This document shows, piece after piece, positions 1-18,566 of a stretch of 64,000 nt of DNA. Under the pieces are notes generated by a model, which had not been told where the DNA came from, did not search any database, and was given only the letters and a program-made list of their open reading frames with translations. The stretch covers positions 1,674,001-1,738,000 of the forward strand of contig CDLV01000004.1 in the NCBI GenBank assembly GCA_001244265.2, given 5' to 3'. The DNA is from Microbotryum violaceum. Taxonomy: Eukaryota. Numbering within the stretch: the first letter of the stretch is position 1; each line of letters starts with the position of its first letter. Both the position numbers and the translations under genes were made by a program.

Positions 1-2808
1 CTTCCTCACTGCGCGTTCCCACTGTGGAGGAGGGTGGCAAAAGTAGGCCCACCAGATCCAGACCCACGAGCGACGATGTGGGTTGGGGCCTGATTTGGGC
101 AAGGTAAAGGGGTGCGTTCGTTCGCCGCCTGAAGGCGAGTGCGGATGTCGAAGAGGTGCCGAATGAAGCAGCCGTCCGGGTCCCGAAGATGAAAGACCCA
201 CTTGGCGTGATCGACCGCGAGGCGCCGAGGTAAGTCAATCAAGCCAAAGCCGCCGTGGTCGAGAGGGGTGCAGAGGCGCAGCCGAGAGACCTTCGGGGTT
301 TCTGAGATCCGTCCGAGGCTCGACCGTGGATAGCGATCATGACCGCGTCCTCGATCTCCTTGACGACGCTCTTGGAAGCTGGGATGAAACGATTATGGTA
401 GAGAATCTTCGTGTAGCAGTAGATATTGATTATCGAACATTTCGCTGCGTACGGAAGGTCGTACATTGGGATGGATCGTATCCGGGCGACGGTCGCGGAC
501 TTGACCTCCTCCCAGCCCGCATCCTCGGCGATGTCCACCCCAACCTGCACTCCCAGGTAACGAAACTGCGAGTCGCTGAGACGCCAGGACCCGAGGTGTG
601 AAGGGATCGGACGGTCCCTGAATGACCCGAGGGGGTAGAGGAAAGATTTGGCGTTGCTGAGCTTGCTGGCACTTGCCCGCTCGTACAGCTCGATCGCCCG
701 ATTGAGGTGGTCGAGGTCCGAGGTGTCGTGGAGAGCACAGCAGGCATCGTCGGCAAAGAGAAGTTCTCGTATGGTTGGGAGTCCCGGGCTCGCGATGCCC
801 TTGACTTGTGACCGCAACTGTACGGCGAAGCCCTCAATTGCGAGAACGAAGAGCGACGGAGCCAGCGGGTCGCCTTGTCGAACTCCCGAGAGGATATCGA
901 ACGCGGCCGAGAGCCATCCGTTGAGGTAGATTGAGGCGGATTGGTTTGTATAGGTCGCTCGGTACCATTGGCAGGCTTTCGGGCCAAGGCCAACGGCGCT
1001 GAGGACTGCATCGATGTAGGTGTGGGAAAGACGGTCGTAAGCCTTCTCGAAGTCCATCACTGCGAGCAGACCGGACACCGGCTCTGAACCCGGGAGCCCA
1101 GGATCCATGAGACACTGCACCTCGGCGATGTTCGTGCCAATCCAGCGGTTCGGAATGAAACCGCGCTGGGTCGAGCCGATCAGGGTCTCGAGCAGAGGGG
1201 CAAGGCGCTGGTTGTGGGCTTGGGAGATGATGCGTTCATCAGCGTTGATGAGTGATATGGGGCGTTTGTTCACCAGCCGATCCCTCTCGCCGCGCTTGTG
1301 GATGAGGTGGATGTGGGCAGTGTGGCGGGCCGACGTTCGAGAACTGGCGTCGTCGGTGGGGATCGAGTTGATGACGTCGCGGAGGATGGGGCCTGTGGCT
1401 GTCCACGTTGCGCGGTAAAACTCGACCGGGAGACCGTCGGGTCCAGGCGAGGAGTTCGACTTACACGCCTCTTGTGCCTTTGTTATCTCCTCTAGGGGGT
1501 ACGCTCCTTCGAGCTTGTCCGAATCGGCAGGGGATAGGCGAGTCGAGGCGAGACCGTCGATAATCTTCTCCAAGGCGTCGTCATCGATAGCGCGATCCTC
1601 GTAGACCCCTTCGAAGTACTTGCTAGCGGCTCCAAGCATCGAGTCGGGGTCGGAGTGGACGACATTGTCGACCGAGAGGGAAGGGATGAGGTCGGATGCG
1701 CGCACTTTGCGTAGGCGGATGAAGATGGAAGATGGGCCCGCGAGGGAAGGATCAATGCGGGACCGCAGCGCCGCGCCGTAGCGCGAGTGATCTGCCTTCG
1801 CCTCCTCCGATCCTCCACGTCGGAAGCGGGCAAGTGTGCGAGCCAGAGCCTGAAGCTCGGGCAGCAAGTGTTGTTTGGTGGACGTCCAAGCTGCTGATGG
1901 GTCGTCGGGCGTCTGGAGGAGGGCTTCATTGTAGAGGGCCTGGACAGTGGAAGTGAGGTATTCGCAGGTCGCGTCGCCCTCGATCACGTGCAAACCCAAC
2001 TTGAATTTACCCGGACCGATGTCGATTGCGCCCGGCACTTGGAACCGCGCCGCCACCATCGAGTGCGTCGATTTGAGGACAGGAGCCCAGATTTTGTGGT
2101 CGTGGAAGAGGTCGACCCAATCAGGCGAGACATAGATGCGGTCAAGGCGACGGCACGTGCCGGGCGCTGAGCGATTCGTCGTGGCTCGTCCTTTGGGATG
2201 GTGAAGCCGATAGACATCAAAGAGGTTGTTGGCCGTGGCAAGGTCGCGCATCTCCTGGCCCCCATAATTCGTCCCGTTTTGGTTCTCCGAATCGAGGGGT
2301 TGGGACTCAACACAATTCCAGTCCCCCCGACTAAGAGCGCAGGCGGCGAGGGCTCGTCGCGCACGACTTGTCGGAGGGCTGTGCTGAGATGTGAGAGGAA
2401 ACGCTTTTTGTCTGGCTTGTCGGAGGAAGGCGCGTACATTGATACAACCCGGATTTTTGAGTCTCCCACGCGAAAGGTGGCGTCGGTGACTCGGTCGGGG
2501 AAAGCGAAAGAGGCACGAAGAGTGTTGGGAGGTGACTCGGGATCAATAGTGATGACCACGGAGTCGCTCTTCCAGAGTATAGCGGTGTTGTTGAGAGGAG
2601 TGAAAAGAGCGGAGAGCTTTAAGTCTTGGCACTCCTGAGTCCACTGGGCAACCCTTTCCGGGGAAGGTCGGCCCGTTTCGCTCAGGAGAAAGACATCGGC
2701 GTTATGGGAGCGGAGATTGGAGAAAAGAGAGGCACGCTTACGATCTTCATTGATTGACTGCACGTTGGCAGCAACAAAAGACACGTTTGGGATCTTAATT
2801 GTGCTCAT
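1..2808 (-). pseudogene. LINE ORF2 (APE endonuclease + reverse transcriptase), frameshifted
   Basis: MSTIKIPNVSFVAANVQSIN...DVFLLSET (APE N-terminus), RRLDRIYVS and STHSMV (APE C-terminus), and RT motifs in ORF 239-2251. Frameshifts near 2320 and 290. Confidence 0.88.
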
Positions 2809-4211
2809 CGTCTTGCTCCATAACGTCGTCCACGTCCTCGGGGGTGCTTCTTGGTCTTTGCCTTCTTCTTCGGCATCTTCGTCGGCGTCGGTGGCATCGG
2901 GTCGGGCTTTGATCGCTGAGGGCAACGGCGAGGAGGGCCGGGGGTTCGGCTCGGAGGCTTCGGGGGCAGGCGGAGTGGGCGGGTCTTCACGAGTGGCTGG
3001 TGTGGAGAGGGCAGCAATTGACTGGGAACGAGTGATGATCGTCTTTGGCGTTGGTGTGGCCGGAGCAGGGCTTGGGGGCGAAGGGGTCGTCTCCGAGCTG
3101 GGGGACTCGGAGGATTTTTCAACGAGGGGAGGGGCAGTTGACTGGTTGGAGGCGGGCAGGGGGCGGAGTTGGGAGGGAAATTGAAGGAGAAACCGGGGCG
3201 AGGAGTCTCCGACAGGGGTTCAGGCTGAGCCCTGTTAGATGGATCTTGGGGCTGGGCAGCCAGGTCCTGGTCTGGGTTCACTCGACGTTTTTTGGTCTTC
3301 AACGAGCGGTCGGGCGCGGGTGGCGCAGGGATCGACTTGGAGGCCGGGGGGCTTTGGTCATGGTGGAGGCTTGCGCGGCACGTGACTCGGAGTGCCCTGG
3401 GGCTCGACGCGAAGCGGCGGCCCGGGCAATGCTGGCTGGCGTGCGAGGTGCTTGCGCACGACTTGCACGCCGGGGCGACGGGGCAGTCCTTACGGACATG
3501 GGCCGCGGAACGGCAGAAAACACAGTGGCGCATGCCACCGGTGATCCTGAGCGGGATACGCTCGGTCACGCCGTCGCGTTCAATGGAGATGGATGCAGGA
3601 GGCAATTTGTTTGGGTCCCCGAGGGCAAGAACAAAGTCATACACCCCAGAGATGTGCCTAGTCTTGCCAATGTAATGAGTGCGGCGAAGGAGGACCTTGC
3701 CGTACTCGGCAATCTGCTCATCAAAGAGGCGGAGGCCCTCTACATCGGAGAAGAAGCCAGAAAGGGTGCATTGAATTAGACCAGTAGTGGCTGAGAATAG
3801 TTTCTCGACTTGGCACAAGGTCTTTCCAACGGTCAGACCATTCGCGACCAGGTCGGCGATGTCGGCGTCCTTAGGGAATCGGATGCCGTGTTGTCCCTTG
3901 ATGACGCAGGGCATGGCGCCTGCAAGGGCCGGGTAGTGGTGATCGAGTGCTGAGAGCACTTTCTCGGAGGTGGTCGCGGGAGGGGTTTTGATGATTACAC
4001 AGTTGGCGATGTTGTGAATCATCGGGTGGGAGGCAACAGTCGTGGCGGTGGCGGGGGTGGCGTTGGTCTTCGCATGGGAACGGGCGGAGACGGCCGCGGA
4101 GTACGACTTGGTTTGGGCGGTGACGGTGACGCCGGTGGGGTCGGGAGGGCGATTAGGTGCTATAGCACCGGGGGTGGCATTGCTGGTGTCGTTGTTGTTG
4201 TGGTTGTTCAT
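2795..4211 (-). pseudogene. LINE ORF1 (gag-like, zinc knuckles), frameshifted in its C-terminal part
   Basis: CVFCRSAAHVRKDC and CKSCASTSHASQHC knuckles. The Pro/acidic C-terminus is split over three frames and ends EDVDDVMEQDDEHN-TAA at 2797-2795. Confidence 0.8.
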
Positions 4212-4330
4212 GCGTGTCGCCCTCAGTTGAGGTGGTGGTGAAAACGCGCGCGCGCTTAACGAGTGGTTAAGGGCGCTTAAGAGCAGCTCTAGGCCGCTTA
4301 ACGACTGCTTTACGAGGTTTCGCGCGCTTA

Positions 4331-4590
4331 CACATGCGCGCGCGAACTTTATGGATTTCCTATGGCAGGACCCGCGGTATGTCTTCTCTACGGAGGTGTT
4401 GCAACTTATGTAAGGCGGTTTTGTAGAGCTCCTGTAAGAGCAAAGCTATTTTACGGCTGCCTTAGGCGGTCGTTGTAGTATCCGTATGGATATTGGGTTA
4501 TCAAGTCCGTAGGGGCGCCGGTTTGCGGTGACCGTACAGCTAGCGTAAAAACGGCCTTTGCGGCCGCGGTGAGGATTCAACGTTCAACGT
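4331..4590 (+). mobile_element. Terminal segment of a CAC-ended DNA transposon (CMC/EnSpm-like) with short subterminal repeats
   Basis: TA|CACATGCGCGCGCGAACTTTATGG. The same end occurs at 45978(-), 50728(+) and 51630(+). It is followed by TTATG/GTAAG/TACGG-rich sequence. Confidence 0.5.
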
Positions 4591-6149
4591 TCAACCCTTA
4601 CCGCATTCGTCAATGAGGCGTACGTGAGCATTAAAGTGCACAAGAGACGGGAGCGATGATGTTTTATATGTACGGAACCTGGAATTCGGCTGTATGGGTT
4701 TATGGGGTCTGGTGTATGGTAGCATTAGTTTTGTCCCGAAAGGGAATTCTTGCGTGTCACTGCATCCTAAAGCCTGGTGGCACGTGAGCGGTTGGCGCTG
4801 TATCGAGCTATATCGATGCAGAGGGTGTATCCCACGGTCGCCGAAACATTTCAGGGGTCGCGCTTTATGGAGTCCAAAGTCCATTTGTACCAGCTGAGGC
4901 AGCGAGTAATCAATAGTGAGTCAGTGCCAAAGTCAAGACTGCACCCTCACGCGGCCAGCTGAAGTCTGCTGCAGGCTGGCGTGCGCCGGTGAGAGTCTCG
5001 GAGCAGAGAGATCTGAGACCTGAGATCCTGAGATCCCAAGCGCTCAGAGCACTGAGCGCGCGACGACCCGACTGAGAAGCATGGGGGCCCCACCCTCTCT
5101 CCGATTCCCTCACCCGCCCCAGAATAAGTGGGCAACCATTGTGCCCACAAATGCGACGGCCACGTCATGTCTCCTCGAACAAAGGCGTCCGAAGATGTTC
5201 TCGACCGTGGTGGGTATTGTTTGAGGCGCAGTTCCAGTGTTCAGATCGTCCAGCGTCCCGAGTGCGTCCTTTTGCGTCCCGCCCTCGGTCAGACCGCGCG
5301 AGACGTGGCGCTGACCTTGGCTCCCGGCCACCACATGTCGCCAAGCAGGAGCAGCCCTGTGTTACCATCATCGCCGACATGGCTCGCCCTGACCCGCTTC
5401 ATGCGTCGACTCCATGACCCGCTCACTCCACTGCTCCTTCAGATTCGAGCTTGATCGGGCGCGTCACGCTCGGGCGTCAGACCACACCGCCAAACCCTTG
5501 ACGACGTCCACGACTGCTGCGTCGAGGGTCGTCGTGTCGCCAGGCCCCGCCGACGACCCTCATTCGGGACTCACCGACCTTGATTTGCCCGAGGCGCTTC
5601 ACGAGTCACCGGTATGTGCTGCAACTCACCGCTACCGACACGACGTCAGCCCAGTTTCAGCTACCGACGGTCCCGAGATCCCGCATGTGCAGTCATCGAC
5701 TCAACCCATTAATGCTCTGCGACGGAAGCTTCAAGACGCCACGGACGACGAAGATGATCACGACGGTCAAGACAAGCAGATGACCAATGACGAACGATAC
5801 GACCATCTGGCGTCGACAACAGCGGCGCTTCCCACCTGGGATTCTCACGTAAGGCTTGGGAGGAGAAGCAGACACTCATCTTTCGCCGGGTTCGAGCTGA
5901 TGCATGGCACTCCCACGTCTGTCCAATCCGCAGAGCTCGACGACGTCAGCTAAATCGCATCGATTCCCAACCACACCTCGTCGCAACGACAAGCGATCAG
6001 CCCGAGTGAGTACCGAACCTGCTTGTCCGGCTTCCGCGTCACCGAGATCTCCTTGGCTGTCTCGGACATGGGACAGAGGACAAGACTTTCCAAGTACGTT
6101 GCACCCCTGCAATGACGTCAGCCGAAACATCCTGGTGACACGCTGACCA

Positions 6150-9100
6150 ACGCGCATAACCCAACCAGGTCATGCATTCTAAACCCCAGTACTCTACGCC
6201 ATATTTCGACGACCCGAGCAACGTGAGCTGGTGCCGATGCGCCCCCGCGTCGTGCCCCACTCCGCTGACTGCACTCACCACCAACACCCACAGCCCCGAA
6301 ACGCGGCATCTGGCCAAGATTGCCTATCTGTTTTGGCCGCGACGATCAGCGCTCGGTTGGATCGTGTGGAAATCCAGCTTGCCCGACTGGTCGACGTGCT
6401 CACCGCTCCCTCTCTGGACCACATCAAGGTTGGTGGATGTTCTTTCGGTCTCGCCCATAAGCTCCTACTGACCGGGCTGTGTTCATGACTGTGCCAGTCC
6501 GATGTGGGGTCAGCCAAGATCTTCGTTTCCACGCCATTCCTCTGCAAGCACCACGGTGCTGCACCTTGTTCGCGGTAGGTGAGCTATGTTCTCGGGTGCT
6601 GTGCTGGGCTGTGCGCTGACTCAGGCTGCACTCATTGTAGGCTGCACTACGCTAAGGCGGGTTGGTATCAGAAAGCGACGTCAAGCATCGAACTTTCTAC
6701 AAGGTTCTTATGCGCCACCTTCCGAGTGCGCTAATGCAAGGCCGATCTAAACTCGAAGATCATGTAAGCGGCGTGGTGTCCACGTTCGAGCCTCCCTCTT
6801 GACATCGGCCTTGCACGCCGCTGCGCCACGCCTTCTGACCGTCGGCTCGCGCTCAAATTAAGCGCCCCCAGGGCGACTCAGCGGCAAGCCGTCAAGCAGC
6901 CCGACCGCAAAGCAACGGTCGAGGCCGATCTTACGGGGAATAAATCTCACGCAACGGCCAACGTGCCCGGGTCCAGGTCGAACAGCTTTGCCGAAAAGGT
7001 GAATCGCCTTTCCTCTACCCTTGCGGAAATAGCGGTCGACGCATACCTTGAGGACGAGTACAAACACGGCCGTGAATTTGACCATCAACGGTGAGTCGCA
7101 GGTCAATCGGGGACGTGCATTCGCAGGTCGAATGAACTGACGCTGCGCACCCGCTCGTCGCGAGCGATAGTTTTCTGACGGATCAACTCGCCCCGGTCAT
7201 GCCTCGACATGGTGGGATCAAGACATCGCAACCCGGGCGTCGTCAAAATTTAAGGCAGATTTCCTGTTTGGAAGTTGTTGAAAACCCCGATCACGAGATC
7301 AGCTTTGCCTCGTTGGTGGAGGTGAGTCGTCCTCGTTCGACGCACTATCCGATTCGACACTGATAAGACATTGATTGCGGTTTGACATAGGGTTGTCTCC
7401 AAGCCGACAAAGAGGCCACTCAAAATTCAAAGTCTAAAAAGAAGGGGACTAGAGCCCGCAGCAGGTTGGTCGGGAAGCGGTGGGTCGTCGACGATCTTGC
7501 ACGCGGGCTGGGCCCGAGGACGTGAGGATCTGCGCTTGCTGGGTTGGGCATTTGTTCTGGGCTATATCTTAATGTTGCTTGTTACAGAGGTTTCCAGTTT
7601 ATATATGATCGAGGTCAACAAGCCTACAACGCCTTAAAGAATCTTTATGGCTTGTAGACCCAGTCCAGGTGTGCGATGGATGCCATAAGGTTTTACATCG
7701 CTAGCGTATTTGGGACTTGCCGCTTTTGTAAAGTGACCATACAGATTCTGCTGGGCCAGGATCTACGGGTGCCGTAGGGGACGCGCCTTATGGCATTAGT
7801 AAATAATACCTGGCAATGATTCGCATCACACCTCGGAGATTTTTATCCAAGAAAAGCACTCCGACGCTGCCGTTTCTGCCACCGCCAACGAAAGCGATCG
7901 CACAGATGATGTGGACGCACAAATAGACGATCACGATAAGGACAGTGAAATGGTTGGGCCTGCAGAGATCGCACAAGCCCTCCAACTGGATCGTTGCAAG
8001 ACTGAAGCAGCTGGCAAAGCTACCTGGGGCAAGGCTGCAACAAGCAAAGGTCAGTTGCTACGGACTTGCCCCAGTCCTGGCGCCGGGGCTGGAGCTGATG
8101 TACGTATATCGAACTATCCCCTTTCACTAGTCCCTTCCTCAGACGAGACCGCTGTGCGGATTCTAATCGATCTCTGGCATTTCTTTGACCGGATCTATGT
8201 GTCCAAAAACATGGCGCTGCCAAAGCCTTTGCTCGCGCGTTCTCTGATGCGGTTTTCATCCCGAATGCGGATGATCGACTCCTGATGGAGGCTCGCCTAG
8301 CAAAACTCGGAATGACGTGGGAAGAAGCCGTCCGTTCGCCGGTATGGAATAAGAAGCTTTGGAGACGCGTTCGTCGATGGATCCCTCCGCCAAGCATTCT
8401 CGAGCCTTTGGTCCGGGAGGTCTTTGAGAAGTTCGGACTATTGATCGATGCGAAGTCGAAGCAACCACTTTTCAACAAAGCGGCGCACGAGGCAGCGAAG
8501 AGATGTCTTGAGGCGATTCGGAAAGGCCAAGTCTCGGATCCAGTTGGCATCGAGCTGTACACCCACCTTGGGCCTTGCGGAGGGCCAGATGGAAAGGCAG
8601 ATGACGGTGTCCGTTTATATTCCTGCCAGCGCGGCAATAACAACAGTCTCGAAGGAGGCATCCACCGGAACCTTCGCCAACGGTTTCCAAAGTCGGGTGT
8701 TTCTCCGTGCCATGTCAATGCGTGCATGGCTGACTACGTGCTAGTGCACAATCTCAAGGTCAGTCCAACTCCACCATCGCAATTCGAAGAAGTGGCAACC
8801 ATACTCACCCATTCTCCCTTGTATTCGCAGGTTGGGACGTTCAATCGTACCGGAAAACCATTCGTGGGCACTACGACCGCGGGCTCACCGTGGAATTACA
8901 TCGTCTGAGGCGCAAAACCTCGGCATTTTTCCCACGGCACTCAACCACCGTGTCAGATATAGTCAACCCGCTGCTCTACACCCCATCCACCGAAACGTTC
9001 GGCATTGTGCCTGTTGTTCAGTCGCTAACAGCGCAAATGCGCTTTTTGATCGAGCCCTATCAAGTCGAGCGCGGGACTCTGCGTTTGGAGCCCGTCAAGT

Positions 9101-9840
9101 GGCCACCACGGAACTTGCTGCAAAACAATACGCCGGCGATACAGCATATGCAAAGCCGGCTGCCAACCGATCGCAAGCTTTGTCACGACTGGCCAGCGGA
9201 ACTTCAGGGTACTCGATTCGTTGTATTGTATGTCATACACCCAGCGAACGAGCCCTATACAGATATTTCTCAAGCAAGGTACGACTGGGAGCTCCTCTAA
9301 ATCTTCGGGTATTCGAGATTACCGAGCCTTGGAACAAGTATGCCAACGGACTAGACATTTTTTACAAAGTATGTCGCGTCTGTGTCACACTGAATGGTGA
9401 TGTTGAGCTGAAGCGCAATCCTCACACAGATGCCAGAGCACATCAATACATGGGCACCGAGATGGTCGTCGCTGGCAAATGCTCAAGCCACAATGAACAT
9501 GGGTGGGAACGACGTCATAGTGATTCAAGCTTTGCTTACCAATCCCTCCCACGGTCGTGATGTTAGCATGCTCGCAGCTAAGCCATTACTCGGTCACAAA
9601 CCGCCTGTCTTGGGGAGGCTTACAGAGGTAGAAGTCGATTTCTCGGATCCTCCAACGTCATCCATCCGCCCCTTTGTTGCAACTGCCTCGAGCGACGCTG
9701 GTTCGAGCGCGGACTTGGGCACGAGCAGCGTTTTGACGCGCGCGGGTACACAAAAGGGGCAAAGCACGTCGATTATGTGGGCAAACTACTTGTCGACGCA
9801 AGGGATCAAAACTAAGCGATGCCAGATCGGTGACTGAGTG
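6150..9840 (+). pseudogene. Degenerate intron-containing DDE-type transposase-like gene (DxxH class, DUF6729-like)
   Basis: Peptides VRILIDLWHFFDRI (DxxH), LIDAKSKQPLFN, KGQVSDPVGIELY, LYSCQRGNNNSLEGGIH and HNLKVGTFNRTG, plus an upstream AGWYQK...C segment. Broken by frameshifts and GT-AG introns. Confidence 0.5.
7560..7815 (-). repeat. Inverted copy of subterminal sequence of the CAC-ended element family
   Basis: 7706-7775 is the reverse complement of about 51560-51630, and 7780-7815 is the reverse complement of about 50817-50853. Confidence 0.65.
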
Positions 9841-10044
9841 TGACGGGGCGTGCTGGACTGCGGAAAGCCTTTCGGGCTGACAGACGAGATGGATCCGAAC
9901 GACCCACAATCACGAAGGTTCTGTAGAGGACTGACAAGGGCTGAGATGAATGGCCGAGCTCGGCATCAAAAGCAATGTCACAACTTTGTAGCTTCATAAT
10001 ACCTGTAATATGATGTATATTGTCAAAATGACTTGTTGCGTACC

Positions 10045-10231
10045 ACTTCCTCTCTTCCTCCTGTTTCACCTCCCCCCCCCTTTTCTTCTTCTCCTTCTTT
10101 CTCTTCCCCTCCCTCTTCTCCTTTCCCTCTTTTCCTTTTTTTTCTTTCCCTCTCCCCCTTTTTTTTTTTTTCCCCTTCCTTTTCTTTTTTTTTTTTTTCT
10201 TTTCCTCTCCCCCCCACCCACCCACCCCCCG
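10045..10231. repeat. Polypyrimidine (C/T) low-complexity tract
   Basis: About 185 nt made up almost entirely of C and T. Confidence 0.9.
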
Positions 10232-10242
10232 ACATGGGTACG

Positions 10243-12309
10243 GGCCCCGAAAGCCCAGCCGGAGGCGCATTTTTTTTTTGGACATTTTGACATTTTGAGG
10301 ACCCAAAATCCCGAAAATCGTCGAGGCGCATTGCAAAAAATTGACATTTTGGGACGAAACACACGTTTCGCCCCCGAGGCGCATGTCCAGATTTTGACAT
10401 TTTCCCGTGAGTCGGCCCAATTTTGGCCTACCCTGAGCAACCTTCGGCATGACTTTGGGCCCGTTCGCCTTCGTTTCGAGACGCGTTTAGCGATGCTCGC
10501 GCCTGAACAAGACACTTAGTACTAGCCATCTTCGGTAATCACTTGAGTTAAGTGGCTGTGAGGGATTAGGCCGATTCGATATTGAAGGGGCGCAGGTTCC
10601 GTTCCGCTTCACTTCGGTCCGAGATTGGAGCATAGCACGACAACATCATCCCATGCAGGCCTACTATTTGAACGATGCCTTCGATTGATTATCGCCGCTC
10701 ACCAACATGAACATGACGATCGCCGAGCTCCTCGCCTTCGATGTCGCTCCCGCCGACGCGTCTCTTCACATCGAGTTGTCCAAAGACGAGCACACCCAGT
10801 CCTCGACCTTATCATCTACTCGATGCCGTTGAAAAGGCAAACAGCTTCTCACGACCAATCGTGCGTCTACCAAGCTCAACTATCGAAATTTTGGTCTAAG
10901 CTCACGCGTGTTCAGTTCTACACAGCCCACAAACTTGAAACTTCCGCCTCAAGTTGTCGATGCTCGCGATACCAATTTCTCGCTGAACTGGCCAACCTGA
11001 ATGCCATCAAGCTGCTCATAAGTGTAGCCACCTCAAGCTGTTCTACTCAAGGGAGGCCGATGGAATCGAGCGACCCAACTCGCGGAGAGGCAGGCGTAGG
11101 GGTTAGCAATAAAGAGGAAGGACGCAGTGCAGCACATGCATGCGTCTTGAAAGGGTTGGTACAGTCCATGGGACCATCTCGCTGCGAAGACATGGCGGGC
11201 ACGACAAAGAGCTTTCGCTGGACTAGAGGTGACCAGATGGACCGAGCGCTCACAACACACGAGGATCCAGAAGAATGTCTATACTGAGGATGGCCCGTTC
11301 AAGTGAGTTGTCGCTGAATTTAGGAGCGAAGGCAACTGGATCTAATGTTTGGAGAAACAAGCAAACGGAGCGCTAGCACAACGCTATCCTCATTTTGGAT
11401 CGCTTGACGGCGGAGCTGTAACCACTACCACAACATCGGAGATCGGATCTTTGGTCTGCTTTGGCTCAAGCGTGGCATGCATTCACTCAGCGGCGATCAA
11501 ACTGTTTATGGAGAAGAAGCGCTGTCTATCGGAATTGGTACGTTGTTTTGAGTGGCAGTTGAGGAAGTTCTCGTTTGACACGAGTCTTGTGTCCTACAGT
11601 GCGACACATCTACAGCAAAGTGACATCAAACCACTGCAACCAAGACACGCTTGCCTCGTTGGTTCTACTCTCAAATGTCGTCGTACAGGAGCTTCGCCTC
11701 ATCAAGAAAACATGCTATTCCACACACCTCATTGATAGCACTATGCCGTTCCGCATGATTGATGGTCGACAGGTCATCGAGTCATTAGGCCCGTCAACGA
11801 CTACATATCGTTCGACCACGGACCTTACCTCATGTTACCCGGATGAGCGCCTAATCAGCACGAGCGCACATGCCGAGCAAAAATTTGCCGCCCTTCGGAG
11901 CGTGGCCGGCCTGCGAGATGCCGCCGGCAGAACCTCTACAAGCCGCACAAATGCCACCACGGAAACAAGGAGCTCAACTTCAGCAAAAAGGAAGTCTGAC
12001 AACGAAGCAGCGAGCCAGCCAGCAAAGCAAGGAAGGCTTGTTTGAATTGTGGAGCCACGCGCAACACCAGCCGAAGCGACGCGCGCCACAAGCCACTTTC
12101 GATAGGCCGCCGCGCGTCCGCAAACGCTCGGAACGCGTTTTCGAGGACTTTTGAGCGATTTTTGGAGCATGTAGAACAAATTTTGATAATATTTCCGAGG
12201 CGTATGCGAAATTTTGACATTTCGGGGCCAAAATAGGGTAAAAAACTTTGACAAAAAGGCCAAAAAAGGGCGTTTTTCCGCATGCGCCTCTGGCTGGGCT
12301 TTCGGGGTC
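10243..12309 (+). mobile_element. Non-autonomous TIR DNA transposon (~2.07 kb)
   Basis: Imperfect ~28-bp TIRs GGCCCCGAAAGCCCAGCCGGAGGCGCAT / ATGCGCCTCTGGCTGGGCTTTCGGGGTC, with subterminal TTTTGACATTT repeats at both ends. A second copy lies at 30379-31415. No TSD was found. Confidence 0.75.
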
Positions 12310-17482
<5,173 letters not shown>

Positions 17483-17485
17483 TCA

Positions 17486-17855
<370 letters not shown>

Positions 17856-18566
17856 ATCCATAGAGAGCGACGACCAGGGCTTTGAGGGGATTGGTAGAGG
17901 TTGAAGGTGGCCGTGCTTGCGATGATGAGTTGGTTTGTTTTATTGACGTCTGTCGCAGGTCTTGACGTAGTTGTTGACGAATTGTCGCATGCCGGGCCAC
18001 GTATAGTTTCGATCGAGAAGTTCAAAGGTTTTTACTTGACCAGGATGACCCGAGAGGAGTGAGTCATGCGCTTGGGCGAGCAGTTTGACTTTGAGAGGTT
18101 CAGCGTTTGGAATGTAGATTTTGTCATGATGTAGGAGGAGGTTGTCTTGAAGCTTGAAGTAAGGGTGGAGCGTGGAATCGTGATTGAGGTCGTTGACGAT
18201 TTGGTTCGAGACAGGGTCTTGCGAAAGGTGAAACTTGATAAGATCAGCGATATCAGAGGGTGGTGAGAGTTTTGACAAGGCTTGCGGCGAGAGTGTGAGG
18301 GCGAAGGAGAATCTGCCCCGGCTGTTCAGAGGCCTTTCCCCTTCCGAGAAATCAGGACGACGAGAGAGCGTGTCCGCCTTGTTGTTCTTGGAGCCAGAGA
18401 GGTATTCGATGGTGTATTTATGGTGATTGACGGTCTCTGACCAGCGAGCTTGCCGACGCGTGAGTACCCTCTTGGTCTGGAAATATTGCAGGGCGGCATG
18501 GTCGGTGTAGATTTTGAACGGGTGTTGGGAGCCTTCGAGGTAGTGCCGCCAGATTTTGATGCATTC
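17856..18566 (-). pseudogene. Gypsy pol fragment (RNase H end and integrase zinc finger), same family as 36383-45793
   Basis: Near-identical to 37851-38563 and encodes [11 protein letters not shown]...YVKTCD. Confidence 0.92.

Larger units (their letters stand above)
1..4242 (-). mobile_element. L1-clade-like non-LTR retrotransposon (LINE), copy 1, 3' end runs off the window
   Basis: ORF1 with two CCHC knuckles followed by ORF2 with an APE endonuclease and an RT (DFEKAYDRL, GVRQGDPLAPSLF, LFADD). Several frameshifts are present. It is homologous to the + strand copy at 46100-49263. Confidence 0.9.

Noticed and set aside
9812-10519. Lys/Glu/Phe-rich ORFs on both strands
   Set aside because: They are artefacts of the polypyrimidine tract and the adjacent TIR.
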